Source: Flaccisagitta enflata (taxonomy: Eukaryota). From it: DNA of 64,000 nt. A program made the translations under genes and the position numbers. The stretch covers positions 11,532,001-11,596,000 of the forward strand of contig OZ231126.1 in NCBI GenBank assembly GCA_965153355.1, in the 5' to 3' direction. Below the pieces are notes generated by a model. It did no database searches and was not told where the DNA came from. It was given only the letters and a program-made list of their open reading frames with translations. Every line of letters begins with the position of its first letter. Within the stretch, counting starts at the first letter, position 1. Below, piece by piece: positions 1-15,782 of the stretch.

Positions 1-496
1 TCACCTTAATGCCGGTCGTTCATTATACGAATTTTGTATACTTCTCTCAATTTATATGTTCTTTTGTCAATCGGTTTGTTGGTCGGTACTTTGATTACCT
101 TTAAGCAAAATAATCGCTATGGATACGGTGAAGCTAACGCAGGGTTCTGAAGCAGGGTTCTGCAGTATGATTAGTGAGGTATGAATATAGTCCAAATCTC
201 AAAGATAGTCTGATGTTGTGGGGAAACCGATTGCTAAAGAATGACAAAGAATGAATTTGTTGGTCGATTTCTTGCTTTGATATTCTCTGTTGTTAGCCGT
301 TAAATGCAGATAAAAAGAAAACGACTTTTTTGTTTTGGTTTGAAGAGGAATTTGTTTGATGATTTCATCATTCGCGCATCAATAAAAAAATTACTAGTTT
401 CCCATCGTCAGGTCTTCTTGGGTGGCTGATTTTGCTTACACACGCTCTACCTAATCTCATTTTATCACTGTTTTTCCTTTTCTTCTTCTTCCTCTC

Positions 497-528
<32 letters not shown>

Positions 529-562
529 TTTCTTTTTCTTTTTCTTTTTCTTTTTCTTTTTC

Positions 563-593
<31 letters not shown>

Positions 594-1088
594 TTTCTTC
601 CTCATATTCTTTCTTCTTCTTCTTCTTCTTCATCTTCTTCTTCTTCTTCTTCTTCTTCTTCTTCTTCTCCTTCTTCTTCTTCTTCTTCTTCTTCTTCTTC
701 TTCTTCTTCTTCTTCTTCTTCTTCTTCTTCTTCTTCTTCTTCTTCTTCTTCTTCTTCTTCTTCTTTTTCTTCTTCTTTTGGCTTTCTTTCCAAGAAGAAC
801 TGAAACCAAAAATCGTAAAATGCAAGCAGAAGAACCTCGAAAAAGTTTATCAACAAACTCTCCAAAATCCAGGGTCTTAAAAAGGTCTCTTTTAGGGGTT
901 GAAGGACCTGTCCCTCTCTGAGTGGTGGAGGGTCACAAGGGGGTGTCTGTCTTAAGTAGGGGTGGCCCTCTTGAGTGCGGCAGCAGCGGCACTGGTAATA
1001 GTAAGAGGGGCTCTTAGAATTAGGTTATCGCGCAATCAGAAATAGAAAATCAACAAAAAATGAGCCAGATTGTTAGAGCTTTTGGTTG

Positions 1089-1127
<39 letters not shown>

Positions 1128-1905
1128 CCGGCGGACAATGAAGCAAACAAGCGAGATACAGAAACAGAGGCGGCTTTTTGGGCGCCCAAAGGGTTTCACC
1201 TTTCCCAGAAATTGAGGGCTTGAAAGCTTTAAAAAAAGAAAGAAAAAGAAAGAAAGAAATAAAAAGGTAGGAAAGGAAGAGAAAAAGAAAAAGAAATAAA
1301 TTTAAAAAGAAAAAAAAGAGAAAGTGAAAATTGAAAAGAAAGAAAGAAAGAAAGAAAAAAAGAAAGAAAGAAAAGAGACAACTTTCTTCGCTTCTAGAGT
1401 TAACAGAATTTCGTCCCGTTTCCGCATTGAGGCTTGGATATCTCATAAATTTTACACGATAGCAATTGTGGGCCGTTCCAGATAAAGCGTAACCACAGGT
1501 AATGGTGATTAGTATCAATCCCCTGCGACAAGTGGGTCTAAAGAGATCACGAAAATATCTCGATTTTTTCCAAAAATGTAACCAAAGACAGAAATAGAGA
1601 CCAAATTTGCAAACCACTTTAAAAGATTCCCTGGTTGCATTTTGGAAAAGGATAAAGATATTTTGGGTGATGGTCATAAATAGTCACGAGGTTCTCATTA
1701 CAAAAAGTCGCGTATGATTCAAAATAGCTTCTCAAAATGCGTGACTAGTTTTTTACAGATTGTAAACTGTAATATACAAATCAGATTTTTGAAAGACAAT
1801 TCTCGTAGGTGTTGATGAGGGTGTCGAGGCCGAACGATGTATAGACTGCCATAATGAAAAGAAAACAGAAAGAAACAAAAATAGTAACAAGTAAAAGAGG
1901 AGGAA

Positions 1906-1965
<60 letters not shown>

Positions 1966-2155
1966 AATAAGCACATCTACAAATCAACAAACCAAGAGAG
2001 GAGGAAAGAAAGAAAAGAAAAGAAACAAACAAACAAACAAACAAACAAACAAACAAACAAACAAACAAACAAATGAACTACACCAATAAACTAACAAACC
2101 AACATATCAACCAACCAAGACAGAAAGAAAAAAAGAAAGAAGCAAGCAAGCAGGA

Positions 2156-2190
<35 letters not shown>

Positions 2191-2192
2191 GA

Positions 2193-2267
<75 letters not shown>

Positions 2268-2356
2268 GCAATATATAGAAAAAGCCGAATATGAGGCACA
2301 CACATCGCGGTAAACAATTAAATTTACTAAAGTACGTAGAACATCTTCACGGTCAT

Positions 2357-2515
2357 TTTTAGTCGCGGACACGCGACTCTACACCTTGCCGTGTCGGTCG
2401 GTAGGTCGGTAAGTCGGTCGGTCCGTCACGTAACCTTTTTGAATTCCGAGCGGTTTTCGCACAACTGCTCCTGCCCAACCGTCCGCGACTGGATTGCCGT
2501 GTATCCGGCCTTGTT
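2357..2515 (+). mobile_element. DINE-1/HINE-like non-autonomous Helentron element
   Basis: TTTTAGTCGCGGACACGCGACT terminal hairpin, GTCG/GTCC microsatellite, subterminal inverted copy TCCGCGACT, 3' stem-loop GCCGTGTATCCGGC followed by CTTGTT. Confidence 0.75.
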
Positions 2516-3856
2516 GATTTTTCCTTTGCAGCCTTCCAAGCCAGAATTATCGTGCCCAGAGCGAGTTTACAGAAAATCTGGGGAGGGAGGGAAGCTGGCT
2601 CGAGGTGGGGGGGGGGGGGGTGTAAGAGATGACGTGGGGGGGGGCGCAAGGTGGGAAAAGATCATGAAATAGGGTCGATAGATGTAAATAGAGTAAGGGT
2701 GGAAAGTGTAACATTTTGCGTTTGAGAGGGAATTAATGTGCGGTAAAGCCGCAATGAATGAGGGGGGGGGGATGACTGGCAACGTTTTGGTGACAAGGGA
2801 GAGTATGGTAATGATGATGACACTCAGACACAAGGAGGTTGAGGGGGTAGGGGAGGGGGCAAAGAAGAAGTCGTCAAATTAACTGACATGTGCCTAAAAT
2901 TGACGTCGATGTCTGACCACAAAAACGCGAAACGGGCCAAAGCAAGATTTAATGAACACAGAGAGAAGAGCGCGTGCGAATGCGCACGAACAAATGGGGG
3001 GGAAAAAAAGAGAGAGAGAGTATGATGAAATAGACAGATGGGCATGAAAGCGAGCAGACAAGAACGAACGTGAATGTAAAAAGAACGAGCTACAATAGAT
3101 GACAACCAAAAAGAAAAAATCCAATGTGATGAAACAATAAAGCAGATGGTCGATTTTTTGGTCGGTTAATGGTTTCCCAAATATTGACAATCGACCATCA
3201 CAATGATGACTCTATATTCTTTCTTTTTTGTCTATTTTCTTTCTTTTTTGTCTATTTTTCTTTCTTTTTTTTCTTCTTTTTTTTTTGTCTAGTCTATGAT
3301 CGGTTCATTGCGTCCAATGCTTTTGAAAAGAAGCCTTTGGGATCAAATTCAAAATAACTAGTCAAGATGATTATTGTGATTCGGGGATTCGCCTTGTCGG
3401 TAATTCAAAGCCAGCTAAAATTAACTTTCTTTTTCAAATACATGGAAGTCCAATATAAATTGCATTGTTATTTGGTCTGTCGGTGGGTGTGTGGGTCTTT
3501 CCTTGTCCGTGTCACTATCTCAATCCCACTCTCAGTAAGCTAGAGGCATCGGGTACATCTGACTATCTAACGTCTGGTTGGACTCTTAACATTTCGGACA
3601 GATAGAGGGAATGATCAACAGACCGACAGATAGACAAAGCCTCTCAAAGAATCTCTAGTCCATGGGTAAAGAAGAATAGAAAGAGCATAGATTGTTTAGG
3701 ATAGAGACATGTTAAGGAAGAAGTGAGAAAGAGGATGGTCCTTTTAATGATTTACTCGATGTTGAAATTAGTACAACAAATTTGACCAATTCATATTTGA
3801 CCGATTCAAGCTGTCCCTCTGATCTCATATCATGAAATTCCTAAACTTTACCTGAC

Positions 3857-3907
<51 letters not shown>

Positions 3908-5426
3908 GACAGAGATTAATTATCTATCCATCAATAGATCTTTATCCGAGTTTTTGAAAACTTTTTACAATCTTTTTTTTTTTTTTCATTTTTTGCGTCT
4001 ACAACTTGAAAAAAAATCGATTGAAGAATTTTGTTACTTTACTTTCTAATTGATACCGTTTGACATCATCTTTACATTTTTGCACTTTTGAAGTTCACGA
4101 TCACAGTTTGATTATCATCATTAAACTAGATTGACAGGTTTTGGTGTTTTTCATTTTTTTGAAGAACCAAAACGAGTAATATTCTTCCAAAAGACAACAT
4201 GAACATTCAGGAGGCAATTGACAGTGGCCAAAAAAAAAAAAAAAAATTAGACGCCCGATCTTTATCAATAAATTGTAAACCACTTATATTTTTTGCTTAA
4301 AATCCATGAGCATTTGAAAGAGTTTCGAAAGTTCTACAAATCTAGACCAAGGAGAAATTTGTAGCTCAATTCGTCTAGAAATGACATAAGATTGAAGTTC
4401 ATTACTCATTTTCCTTTTTGCCAAATATGCAGATAGAACAGATTTCAGCGACTGAAAACTTGGAACTTTTATCATTTATTATCAATCATTCTCTGTGGAA
4501 TAGAAAAATGAATTGAATGGTAAATAATTCAAGGTGAAAATGAAGACTTTTGAATTCTCCACAAGATGTATCCAAGCAGAATTCACGATTCTGCCTCATT
4601 TACAAGCTGTATCAACTCAAAGTTGGTTACTCAAAAAAGTTGGAAAGCAAGATTCGAGATTTTTGAGTGGTTTCCTCAAAATCATCATAACTACTTAAGT
4701 TTTGAAGCTAGACTGATCAAAAGGAGCTCAACTGAAAGATTTTTTGAAAATCTTTAAAACCGTTATGGATTGAAAGGGTTTAACATTTTTAGTTATGAAG
4801 CAATAAACTAAAATTTTCTTTGCCATTGTTACACAGCCATATCTTCAAACTTTAAACTAGAGGAAAAAATTTCATCTCAACACTCAACAAATTTTTTCTC
4901 AGGATTTAGTTCAATTCTCAGCAAGCTGAGCTTCTGTTCGGAGAAAAGACAGAAAGCAGAGAACATATCTAAAGTCTCAATCAACAACTTAAAAAATACT
5001 CAGAGAGAATTCGTGGATCCTTAATGCTTTGGAATAGTAAAGAGAGACAATAAACAACAACCATGACATAACAAGTAAAAGAGTGACAATTGTTAAATCA
5101 ACGACAACAATATGGAGAGAGAGAGAGAGAGAGAGATTGCCTGAATGAAAGTGAGAGCCCACGCGGGATAATAATAACGATGACCGAAAATGAAATCGTT
5201 TCACGTCTAAAATCGGCTTAAGAGGGGAAATTTGACCTCATTTAGCTCATTGAGTCTCTCTTTTGAGGCGTGAAAAGGAAAGTAAAATCACGAAAGTCGA
5301 GAAGAGGGAAGCTCAAATCACGAAAGATGTAATAATTGTCAAAATCGCGTCAAGAAATTTTGTGAATGAAGTTCGTGCGATTTCCAGATTATCATAATAC
5401 CGTCCTTTGAACTCTGTCTCTGTGCG

Positions 5427-6122
<696 letters not shown>

Positions 6123-7363
6123 TCGGTCGGTTCGTGGGGTGAGATTCATTCAAGCGATGTTACCGAAGTTATTAAGATAGCTGAGAGGGGATAAGTCAGA
6201 GAGAGTGGCAAGAGGAAGACATTATCCAAGACAAAGAGACCAAAAGAGGGTCAGAAGGACATAACAACACACAGACAAACAGACAAAGAGACAGACAAAC
6301 AGACAAATGAACAAAAAGACAGACAGATTGTGTCAAACAGAGAAACATTGAGACAGACAAAGGGAGATACAAAAACAATACCGCTGAAAGTGGAACAGAC
6401 TGCGTTGATGAAGAAAGAAACAATAAAAACAGGCCTGAGTGACCAAAAATAGCCGCAATAATGAAAAGAAAGAACAATGATATCAAACTTAATTCTTTTG
6501 TCCTTTATGTTCATCTTTTGCCAGAAGATGAAACCCTTTTTGTTTGGTTGGTTGTTGGTTGGTCGGTCAGCAACGACGATACAACCGGCTTTGTTTTTGT
6601 AATAAGTACCACCGATCGGAAATGAACTAATCCGCTTCTTCATCGTTTATCTCCCAATCCCTACCCTTGATTCTCCCTTCCCATCCTACTCCCCCTCCCC
6701 CGCACCCATCAACCTTTCTAGTACCTTACCCCCACATCTTAACTGCTGCTTACTTCGTTGTTACCTACCTCTGCCAAAAATCATCGAACTTGCCAACTCT
6801 AATAAAGAAGAACACTGGTGGGTTCTGAACGGGGCAACGGAGAAATGAATTTTGCGAAGAAATGGATAAAACAAACCAACGGACCAACGGACCAACGGAC
6901 CAACCGACAAACAGACAAACAGACCAACAGACACACGGACTAAAAACGGATCCACATAACAACGGCTCGCGACTGTGACTCACATTTCGACAATTCTGTC
7001 AGCAATAACGCGAAAAATAGACTTTTCGCCTAATTTTCTGGCCTCGCGAGTGTAAACAATCCCTAAGAATAGCTTGCATTGTTATGAGGAAGAGGAGGAA
7101 GAGGAGGTGGAAGAGGAGGAGCAGGAGGAGGAGGGAAAAGTGGCAGGCATTGACATTTGGTAGAGATTAGCGCATGCCGACTATACTGGTAATACAAACA
7201 ATTGCGCCTTACTACCCCAACCAGCCCGTTCTATCATCACTATCACCCCAACCAGCCCCTCCTCTTCCTTCACCACCACCACCACCACTTTTACCACCAC
7301 CATCATCAAGTTCTCCTAAGCCACACTTAGAGTAAACAAATGTCAAGTTCCCGTCAGTCACGT

Positions 7364-7462
<99 letters not shown>

Positions 7463-7969
7463 ATTCTCATTCAAAATGTGTATGACTCAAATGAAAGCAA
7501 TCGTTTGGAATTATTGACCCGGTTTTAGTTCGACATTCCGTCTACTACGACTGAGCCATTGTGTAAGGAAGCCTCTAGAAACGAAACCCGGAACAAAATA
7601 GATTGAGAGAAATCGATAGAAGGAGAGGACGGTGGCTATTGCAGTGTCGCATAGATATATTGTTCCACCTATCATCGGGAAAAAAGTCGAAGTCAGTCTT
7701 CGACTTTTTGACATATTCGAGAGAAACAGGGTTTTCATTTTCTTATGGGAAAGTTAGGGAACTCCTTAGGGCGATTGGTCCCTCAAATGAAATTGATAGG
7801 GTAAGTAAATTTGATAATTCTCTTTCATTTGGCGCTAAGCAGAAGTCTCTGGGACAAATATTTTTTGCGTTATGAATTTTTAAAGATTTATTTACGAAAA
7901 ATTTGAATTGAATTTTTTTCGATTTTTTATGATTTTGTGTAGGATCAATAAAAGAGTGTATCTAAGTTT

Positions 7970-8385
7970 GGTTAAGCATGCAAATACAAAAAAACATGTT
8001 CATGAGCATAGCTGCTCATATGTGAGGGTGATTTTGAGCATTTTAGCTCATTTAGCTCACTTAGCTCAGTTTTTTTTTCTGATTTCAAATGCAATAAATA
8101 AGCAAATATATTGATAGATGTTTAAGCAAGCAATTATAAGAAAGCATGTCAGTGAGCAGAGCTGCTCATCTGTGAGGGTGTTTTTAAATATTCTAGCTCA
8201 TTTAGCTCATTAAGCTTGCTCTTTTTTTCTGATTTCAAAACCGATAAATAAATAAATGTTTTGATTTAAGCATGCAAATACAAGAAAGCATCTCAGTAAG
8301 CATAGCTGGTTGCGTAGTCGAGTGATTTTGAATATTTTAGCTCATCTAGCTAATTTGACTCAGTCCTATTTTTCTCTGATTTTCA
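7970..8385. repeat. Three diverged ~145-bp tandem copies
   Basis: AAGCATGCAAATACAA...GAGCATAGCTGCTCAT.TGTGAGGGTG...TAGCTCATTTAGCT recurs at about 7974, 8124 and 8267. Confidence 0.8.
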
Positions 8386-8678
8386 GTGCAACCACTATAT
8401 ACAATTGCTCTTAATTTGATCTAACAAATAAAAAATTGCAATGACTGAAAACAAAAGCTTGGTGAAAAGTGAACAACGCTTACGACTTTTTTCCTCACGG
8501 CGACAGCCGCCATTACTGGTATACAGTAGATCACGTCTGGACATGAGATAACGGGGGCAAGCAATAAAGAAAAACAAAAGTAAGACCTAGATGAATACCT
8601 GTCAATCGTTTTGTAGTTACTAATGTCAGTGTCGCTTTATTGTATTTTCATGTTGTTGATCTTACACTTTTCACTCAC

Positions 8679-8762
8679 CAGAAGTTGTTTGTTGAGATCC
8701 TCGCCTCCATTGATGCCTTTATTCATGGATACGAATTGATCCAACGTTTGCCGATGACTTTC
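8679..8762 (-). CDS. CYTH: Cytohesin exon 5 (Sec7 C-terminal part)
   Basis: ESHRQTLDQFVSMNKGINGGEDLNKQLL matches the Sec7 F-x-x-MNRGIN-x-G-x-DL motif; ttttcccag acceptor, gtgagt donor; 84 nt, phase 0. Confidence 0.9.
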
Positions 8763-8824
8763 CTGGGAAAAAAAGCGTAGAAGAGGGACAAATTGAGATG
8801 AGTGGTCTTGGGTCTCTGAAAGGA

Positions 8825-8956
<132 letters not shown>

Positions 8957-9109
8957 TGCGCGCGTGTGCTCATTATGCTTATTTGCATATGGCGGATTAG
9001 CCAATTACATCTAAGTTTTTTCAAACAGCGACTTTATAATGGGTCCTTAACGTTGTAGATGATTAGGTTCGGTCGACTAAAGCAAATTACGGGAACTTGA
9101 GTCGGTATG

Positions 9110-9241
9110 AACAAGGCCAAGTAGGCCAATAAGGTGCGACGTGTGGATCGTCGAACGAATGTGCTACCCCACAGACCAACCGACCGACCGACCAACCAAC
9201 GGACACAGCCAGTTATAGAGGTGCTTTGTCGCACCTAAAAA
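9110..9241 (-). mobile_element. HINE-like element, second family (AGGTGCGAC subterminal repeat)
   Basis: AACAAGGCC..GGCC end, GACC microsatellite, AGGTGC..GCACCTAAAAA hairpin end. Confidence 0.65.
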
Positions 9242-10786
9242 CTTTAACAGTTTCATAGATGAAACTTAGTCTTGCATGGTCTGAGATCTAATTTACAGTT
9301 TATTTTAGCAAACAACGATTGCTCCTTATCCTCCACGCTTCAGCCTTCACGCTTCCTTGTTTCCCACAGTTTGAGTGAATTGCGGACGCAAGCCTTACAT
9401 TCGAAGCCTAACTGACCATGTCGTGCAAACTGGGTTCTCAGTAGTCAGTACACTGGCGCCTCACGAAAGATGTCGTCAGAGAGGCTCTCTCGGTCATCAG
9501 CTACGTCGATAGCTACCGCTGAGAATCTTGAGAGTTTGTAAATTTCAAGCTTTGATGACAATTTAAAAGAAAAATAATAAATCAAAAAAGCAATGCCTCC
9601 AATGAAATCTCATCACAAGAAAAAGAAAATAATCGATTACAAAATCGAAATCAAGGGCAAATTGTTGCGCAACCACAAATTGCTCCTTTTTGTCGATCTT
9701 TTTTTTTTTGGGGGGGGGGGAACATAGTTTATCTGCACGCAAACTCCACATTTGCAGTCAGTGGACAAAACATTATAGGTTTCTATATCATACACTTAGC
9801 TTTGATCCAACTTACTAGTCATAAACAAAATCTTGTACGCAATAACTGGTGGTTAAGTAACAGCCGGCTGTAATATTGCAAAATTGAACGTATAGGACAC
9901 CGGATAAATAGAATAGAAGACAGAAAACAAAACAAAATTGAACAAGGAAAAAGATAGGATCGGAGCGAAATACAAGCAAAAGTGGGGACATTGTAACAGA
10001 TGCACTATGAGGGCGAGTAACAAGGCCGAATACACGATCAATCAGTAGTCGCTTGCGGCTTGGCTGGGGCTGTGATGCGGGTGGGCGCAGGGGTAGTATG
10101 TGGGTTGGCAGGGAAGTAGTGCCAGTGAGCAGGAGTAGTAAAGCTCATAAATCACCATTTCAGCTGATATCTTGTCTTTCCAAATTTCGCATATACCACC
10201 TTCAGACGGACCTTCCTTCCGAGGGACCTTCGTTTAGAAGTCTCTTATAGAGTTGCATGCGACGAAGAAAATTTTGGAGAACTCCTTCAATTCCCACCCC
10301 TCAATTTTTTCAGCTCTTCCAAATTTTTCAAGAAATCCCTCAAAGTTGTTTCATAGACTTGGCTTTTAAGACCTCACAAGGCCTAAAAATGAATAAGAAA
10401 ACTGAGTCGCAAAAAAAAAAAAAAAAAAAGAAAGAAAAAGGTTTTTACACGGGTGGATGAATTTAAAGGAATAAGAAAGACACACGAGACGGAACATTTC
10501 GACATTCAGACTAATCTCTAAATATAATCTCACTCAATAAACTCAATTGGACAATTGAAGTCTTAAGTCCTCCGCCATCCACTCTTTAAATTTTTGACAT
10601 GTGACAATATTGAGGCCCATGAGGATTAAAGGCATTAAGAGAGAGAGAAAGGGGTTGAAACCATTTTTTTTCCTTCCATGGTTTCCCTGAAGAGACTTAA
10701 AATGGAGAAAGTCAACCGCTGAGAGATGGTAGCTTGGAAATGGATGATGATTTTGATGAGGATGATATTGAGGATATTGATGATGG

Positions 10787-10878
<92 letters not shown>

Positions 10879-10919
10879 TGTGATGAAGATGATGATGAAG
10901 ATATGATGATTGATGTGTG

Positions 10920-10977
<58 letters not shown>

Positions 10978-11116
10978 AACGATGATGATGATAACGATGC
11001 TATTTATGAATAGGGAATGATATTGATAACAATTCAAAGAAATGAAGATCTGAAAAGCAAAAGATCTGACAATACAGATTTGATAAGGAGGCTCCGGCCG
11101 AGATATCAAACTTGGA

Positions 11117-11147
<31 letters not shown>

Positions 11148-11754
11148 TCGACCCAAAGGCTAAGATGCAAAGAAGCGACTTCAACGCCTTCAGGCGACCA
11201 CCCGAGAGATAAGCATCCAGACACGGACAGACAGACAGATGGAGAGATCTAGATAGACACCGACAGACAGATTGATAAGTATCCAAACACGGACAGACAG
11301 ACAGATGGAGAGAGAGTCACGGACAAACAGCGAGATTGAGAGACAGACACGGACAGACAGAGGGATAAATATCCAGACATGGACAAACAGAGGGTTAGAG
11401 ACACAAACAAGGACGGACAGACAGACATATGGAGAGACAGACTCGAACAGATGGAGAGACCGGCGGGTAGAAAAGAACAAACAGATGGACAGAAAGGCAA
11501 AGAAGTGGGAAGAGAGACAGATAGACAGATAAGCAAGCGAACAATCACACTGACAGACAGACGGATGAACGGAATGAAAGACATGTAAAAAGGAAGAAAC
11601 AGAGACAGAAAGATTGGCAGAAAAAATCGATGGTCAGAAGGGCACTTGCGAATACACCAACTAATTAGTTCGACAAAAGACAACCAATCCGATCCGGCAA
11701 ACAGACCGACAAACTGACCGACGAACCGGCAGAGCAACGAACCAACCGACCTTT

Positions 11755-11787
<33 letters not shown>

Positions 11788-11788
11788 C

Positions 11789-11966
<178 letters not shown>

Positions 11967-12227
11967 CGTCCCAAACACATAAAACGTAGTCAACTGCATC
12001 AGGAGCAAATGGGAGGGAAATTGTATCCAATCTGACAGAAGTTGCAAATAATTGATGGACATGAATTCGCTTTTTTTGGCTATTTGCCTTTTTGCTTTGA
12101 CCGAGCAAAGAGACACAAAAAAAAAGCGTTTTATTGCGTCGCAAAAATTGGCTTTCTCTTCTTTTTCTCTCTCTCTGTTTTACAGGTTTTGCCTATCTTT
12201 GTATGTTTTCCATTTCTATCTCTTTTG

Positions 12228-12302
<75 letters not shown>

Positions 12303-12362
12303 TCCTTCTTTCTTCTTTCTATTGTTTTCTTTTGCTTGTTTGTTCGTTTTTCTTTCGTTAGT

Positions 12363-12463
<101 letters not shown>

Positions 12464-12581
12464 ACCTTAAGTGAGGAATGCAACAAGGTCTGACGGTTCG
12501 AATGTGCCTAGGCTAAAGCAAAAGCCGGCTTGACTGCAACCCCGTTGAGGTTGAGCCAAAAAATATATAAATCGCGCGTGC

Positions 12582-12617
<36 letters not shown>

Positions 12618-15286
12618 GGGGAATGGTGTGCTCAAATTAAGGGTTTGAACACCCTTTTCCATTCTTTGCTCTTCGTGAATTTTGTTTTAATTCTGTGTTT
12701 TTTTTTCAATTTCTCTCTTTGATATTTATGTTAGAAGTTGCGCTCATTAAAAGTCGGTCACTGCGGGCGAAGAAACATAAAGAAAGCGATCAAACGAGAT
12801 GAACCACGAGACTCCACAAGAATCCACAAGACTACAACCTGCATGCATCAGTAGGTAGTAGCCATCAGCCCATCACGCCATCCCCCTACTACCACCATCC
12901 TACCACATCAAGATGAAACGCATCATCACTCCTCTACCTAGTCCTAGATTCACCATGACATAGCATCCACCACACTACCACGCTTTGTCACCACATCGAC
13001 ACGCCACGCGAATAACACAAGACTCCACTACCTTAACGCATCATGAGATAGCATCCACCACGTTTACACGCTGGGCCACTGCTCCAACAGCCAACACGCT
13101 GCACCTACGCACCGGCATGTCATGTCACGTGGAGGCGGTGGCGATACCACTCCACGGCCACGCCCTTGTTGATAAACGGTGTACAGCTCTTACTGTTAGT
13201 GCTATCCACTTTCATATTCCTTTTGTCAAGTTTAAAAATCTTTTCTTGGGCATTTCCCCCTTTTCATTTCCACTTAAATAATAAGTATGACCCCTCTTCC
13301 GATAATCCCCTTTTCAGACCCCCGCCCCCCACTTACACCGCCTTTCCTGAGCCCCTTTCAAACCCCCTTTCCTAAACTTTTTTCAAACCCCTTTTCCAAC
13401 CCCTCTTCTCCGACGCCCCTTTCACCCCCCCTTTGCGACATCCCCCCTTTCAACCGCCTTTTGAGACACCCCCCTTTCAACCCCCCTGTTACCAACGCCC
13501 CGAATACCCATTTTTCAAACCCCCTTTCAACCCCCCCCCTTTTCGGACGCCCTTTCCCTTGTTTATTTGCAACCTGATAAACATCTCACGCTTGGCTTTC
13601 ATTTGATACTAATTTAACCCTGTCTTCTTGCGAGGACTTTTTGGGCCTCGAGCTCTGCCCTATTTATCCCCATGATTTTCATCACGAGCGGAAATAAAGA
13701 AGAAGCTGGCCAGAGAGGTTTGAGGCAGTTAGGGGACAACGATACTCCTGCCCTTTATATCACCCCAGATCTCATCACACGACCAAGAAGAAAGAGAAAT
13801 ATTCAATATGCCCAGCATATGTGCAGTAAGATGGGATTGACTAAAATTGATATCAGGTTACACGTACATTGATTGAAAAGTTGTGAAATCAAAATTTCAT
13901 TTTTATGGAGCCACCCAACTTCCGTTCCTGTCCCAAAAAAAAACTAAATCGGAATGGGTGGAAGCCTGTGCGTCAATCGGCAGGGGCAGCGATGGGAAAC
14001 GCTAGGTTCATCAACGGACAGTTCAACCAGCCAAACGAAAGGGTCAATAGGACAAAGTGATTGGTAGACTCTCATGCAAGCATCTAAGAAAAATAAATAG
14101 GGAGGGGAAAGTGGGGAGAAAGAAGAGCAGAAAATGGGAAGCAAGAAAGGAAAAAGTTTCCTTTCCGAGTTTTTTTGTTTATTTAGACAAATTTGAGATC
14201 CTTCATTAAAAATATCGAAAGCGCGCACCTCCTTCAACAACTTAGAGTTAGACGGAAGAATTTGTTAGAGAACATCTCTTTGAACCTAACACTTGGGGCT
14301 AAAAAAAGCAATGATGAGACAGATACTTTACTCAGATAGCAATAAAAGGGTGCGACTTGCCATATGTTATTGAAATGGAATTTGTAAATAAACATTCCCA
14401 ATTCAATATTCATGGTTTAGTTTTATTCTCAGTTACCCATTCACATGAGAATCTTGGTGCTGTTTATGAATGGCAACAACCCATTTAAAATGCGTCATCA
14501 CATCTCTACAGGACTACAGGAGGGTCTTTTAGTCGCTTAGTCCATCCGTCCGTTCGTCGGTGCATTGGTCCCTTAGTAAGGGACTCCCTTACAAATCTTC
14601 AAAAATCGCATGGATGACGGATCTAACTGTTTAGTTGTTTTTAAGTGTTCCTTTATGAGTGAATTCACAACAGAGTGCCTGCCCTTCTACAGTGCATTGG
14701 TCCCTTACACATCCTCAAAAATCGCGCAGTTGACGGCTCTACGTAGCTGTTTTCAATTGTTCCTTTATGAAGAGATTCGCAACAAAGTGCCCATCTACCA
14801 GTTGGGAGGCGGGCTTTTTTTTTTTCTTTTTTTTTATTACGCTGAAAGTCGGAAGTTTTGATTGAAAAAGGAAGAAAAACTTTAGTTTTTTTACTTGAAA
14901 TTTTTGGCAAGCATCTCTCACGCTTATCTCATTTCAAAGGAACAAATGAGAACTATGTACTCCATAATCTCCATTCTTGGACAAGATTGTTAATAATTTT
15001 TCTTGTCTTTTGGCCGCGATTTTTATTTTGTTTTATTTTTGCGCGTGCCCTCACAAGTTGTTTTTCCGTGACTGAATTTGTCAGTTCCTCTGTTCGTCCT
15101 GCGGACACTTTTCTTTCATGGTGTTCTTGCATAGCATTGCCCTTCAGCTAGAGGCTGCTTCAAATATCTATATCACTGCCCCTGTCCACATAGGCATGCC
15201 TGCTCATGCATGATTTAAAAGCTGTGTCATATTCTATTCAATCAGTGTCAAAGTCAAGATGCAGTAAATGAAAACATTCGCTGTTC

Positions 15287-15329
<43 letters not shown>

Positions 15330-15353
15330 AATAAATTCATTCATTCATCTTAC

Positions 15354-15497
15354 CTTGATATTTGGGTTATGAAGCGATGTATTAAGCATGATGACGGCGA
15401 ATGAAAGCACGTAGCAAGTATCAACGTTGTTGGGAGAGAAAACCATCGGGTTGCAGTCACAATATCGTTTAGCAAAAGCTTCCATCATACGGTCAAT
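15354..15497 (-). CDS. CYTH: Cytohesin exon 4 (Sec7)
   Basis: [48 protein letters not shown]; cag acceptor, gtaag donor; 144 nt. Confidence 0.95.
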
Positions 15498-15586
15498 CTG
15501 TCAAGAGGAAATTGCATAAATAGTAAATGGGCAATTGTTGAGTGGAAATTGTATGCATTATGTGTACAATTGTTCATGTATCCCTA

Positions 15587-15782
15587 AACAAGGCCGGATA
15601 CACGGCCGATAAGCAGTGGCTGGCGGGTGGGCGGGGGCAGAATGTGGTGGGCAGGGGCTATAATGTGGTTTGGCAGGTGCAGCATTGCTAAAAAACGCGA
15701 TTTCGCGTCACCAAAATTTTTGCGTCACGGATCTTCCAAGGGACATGCCCTCTTATGGAGTCGCTTAGCCAGCGACTAAAAA
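15587..15782 (-). mobile_element. HINE-like element (close relative at 31919-32164, degenerate one at 10019-10265)
   Basis: AACAAGGCCGGATACACGGCC start and AGTCGCTTAGCCAGCGACTAAAAA end. Confidence 0.65.

Noticed and set aside
6-98. Possible cytohesin PH-domain exon VIKVPTNKPIDKRTYKLREVYKIRI (spacing like VIKACK...VYRI)
   Set aside because: Only weak similarity, ends in a stop before the conserved PH helix, and the intervening Sec7/PH exons could not be found.
6251-6800. ORF MKKRISSFPIGGTYYKN... and a putative 30-nt microexon near 6769-6798
   Set aside because: No recognisable homology; phase does not fit the cytohesin exon chain.
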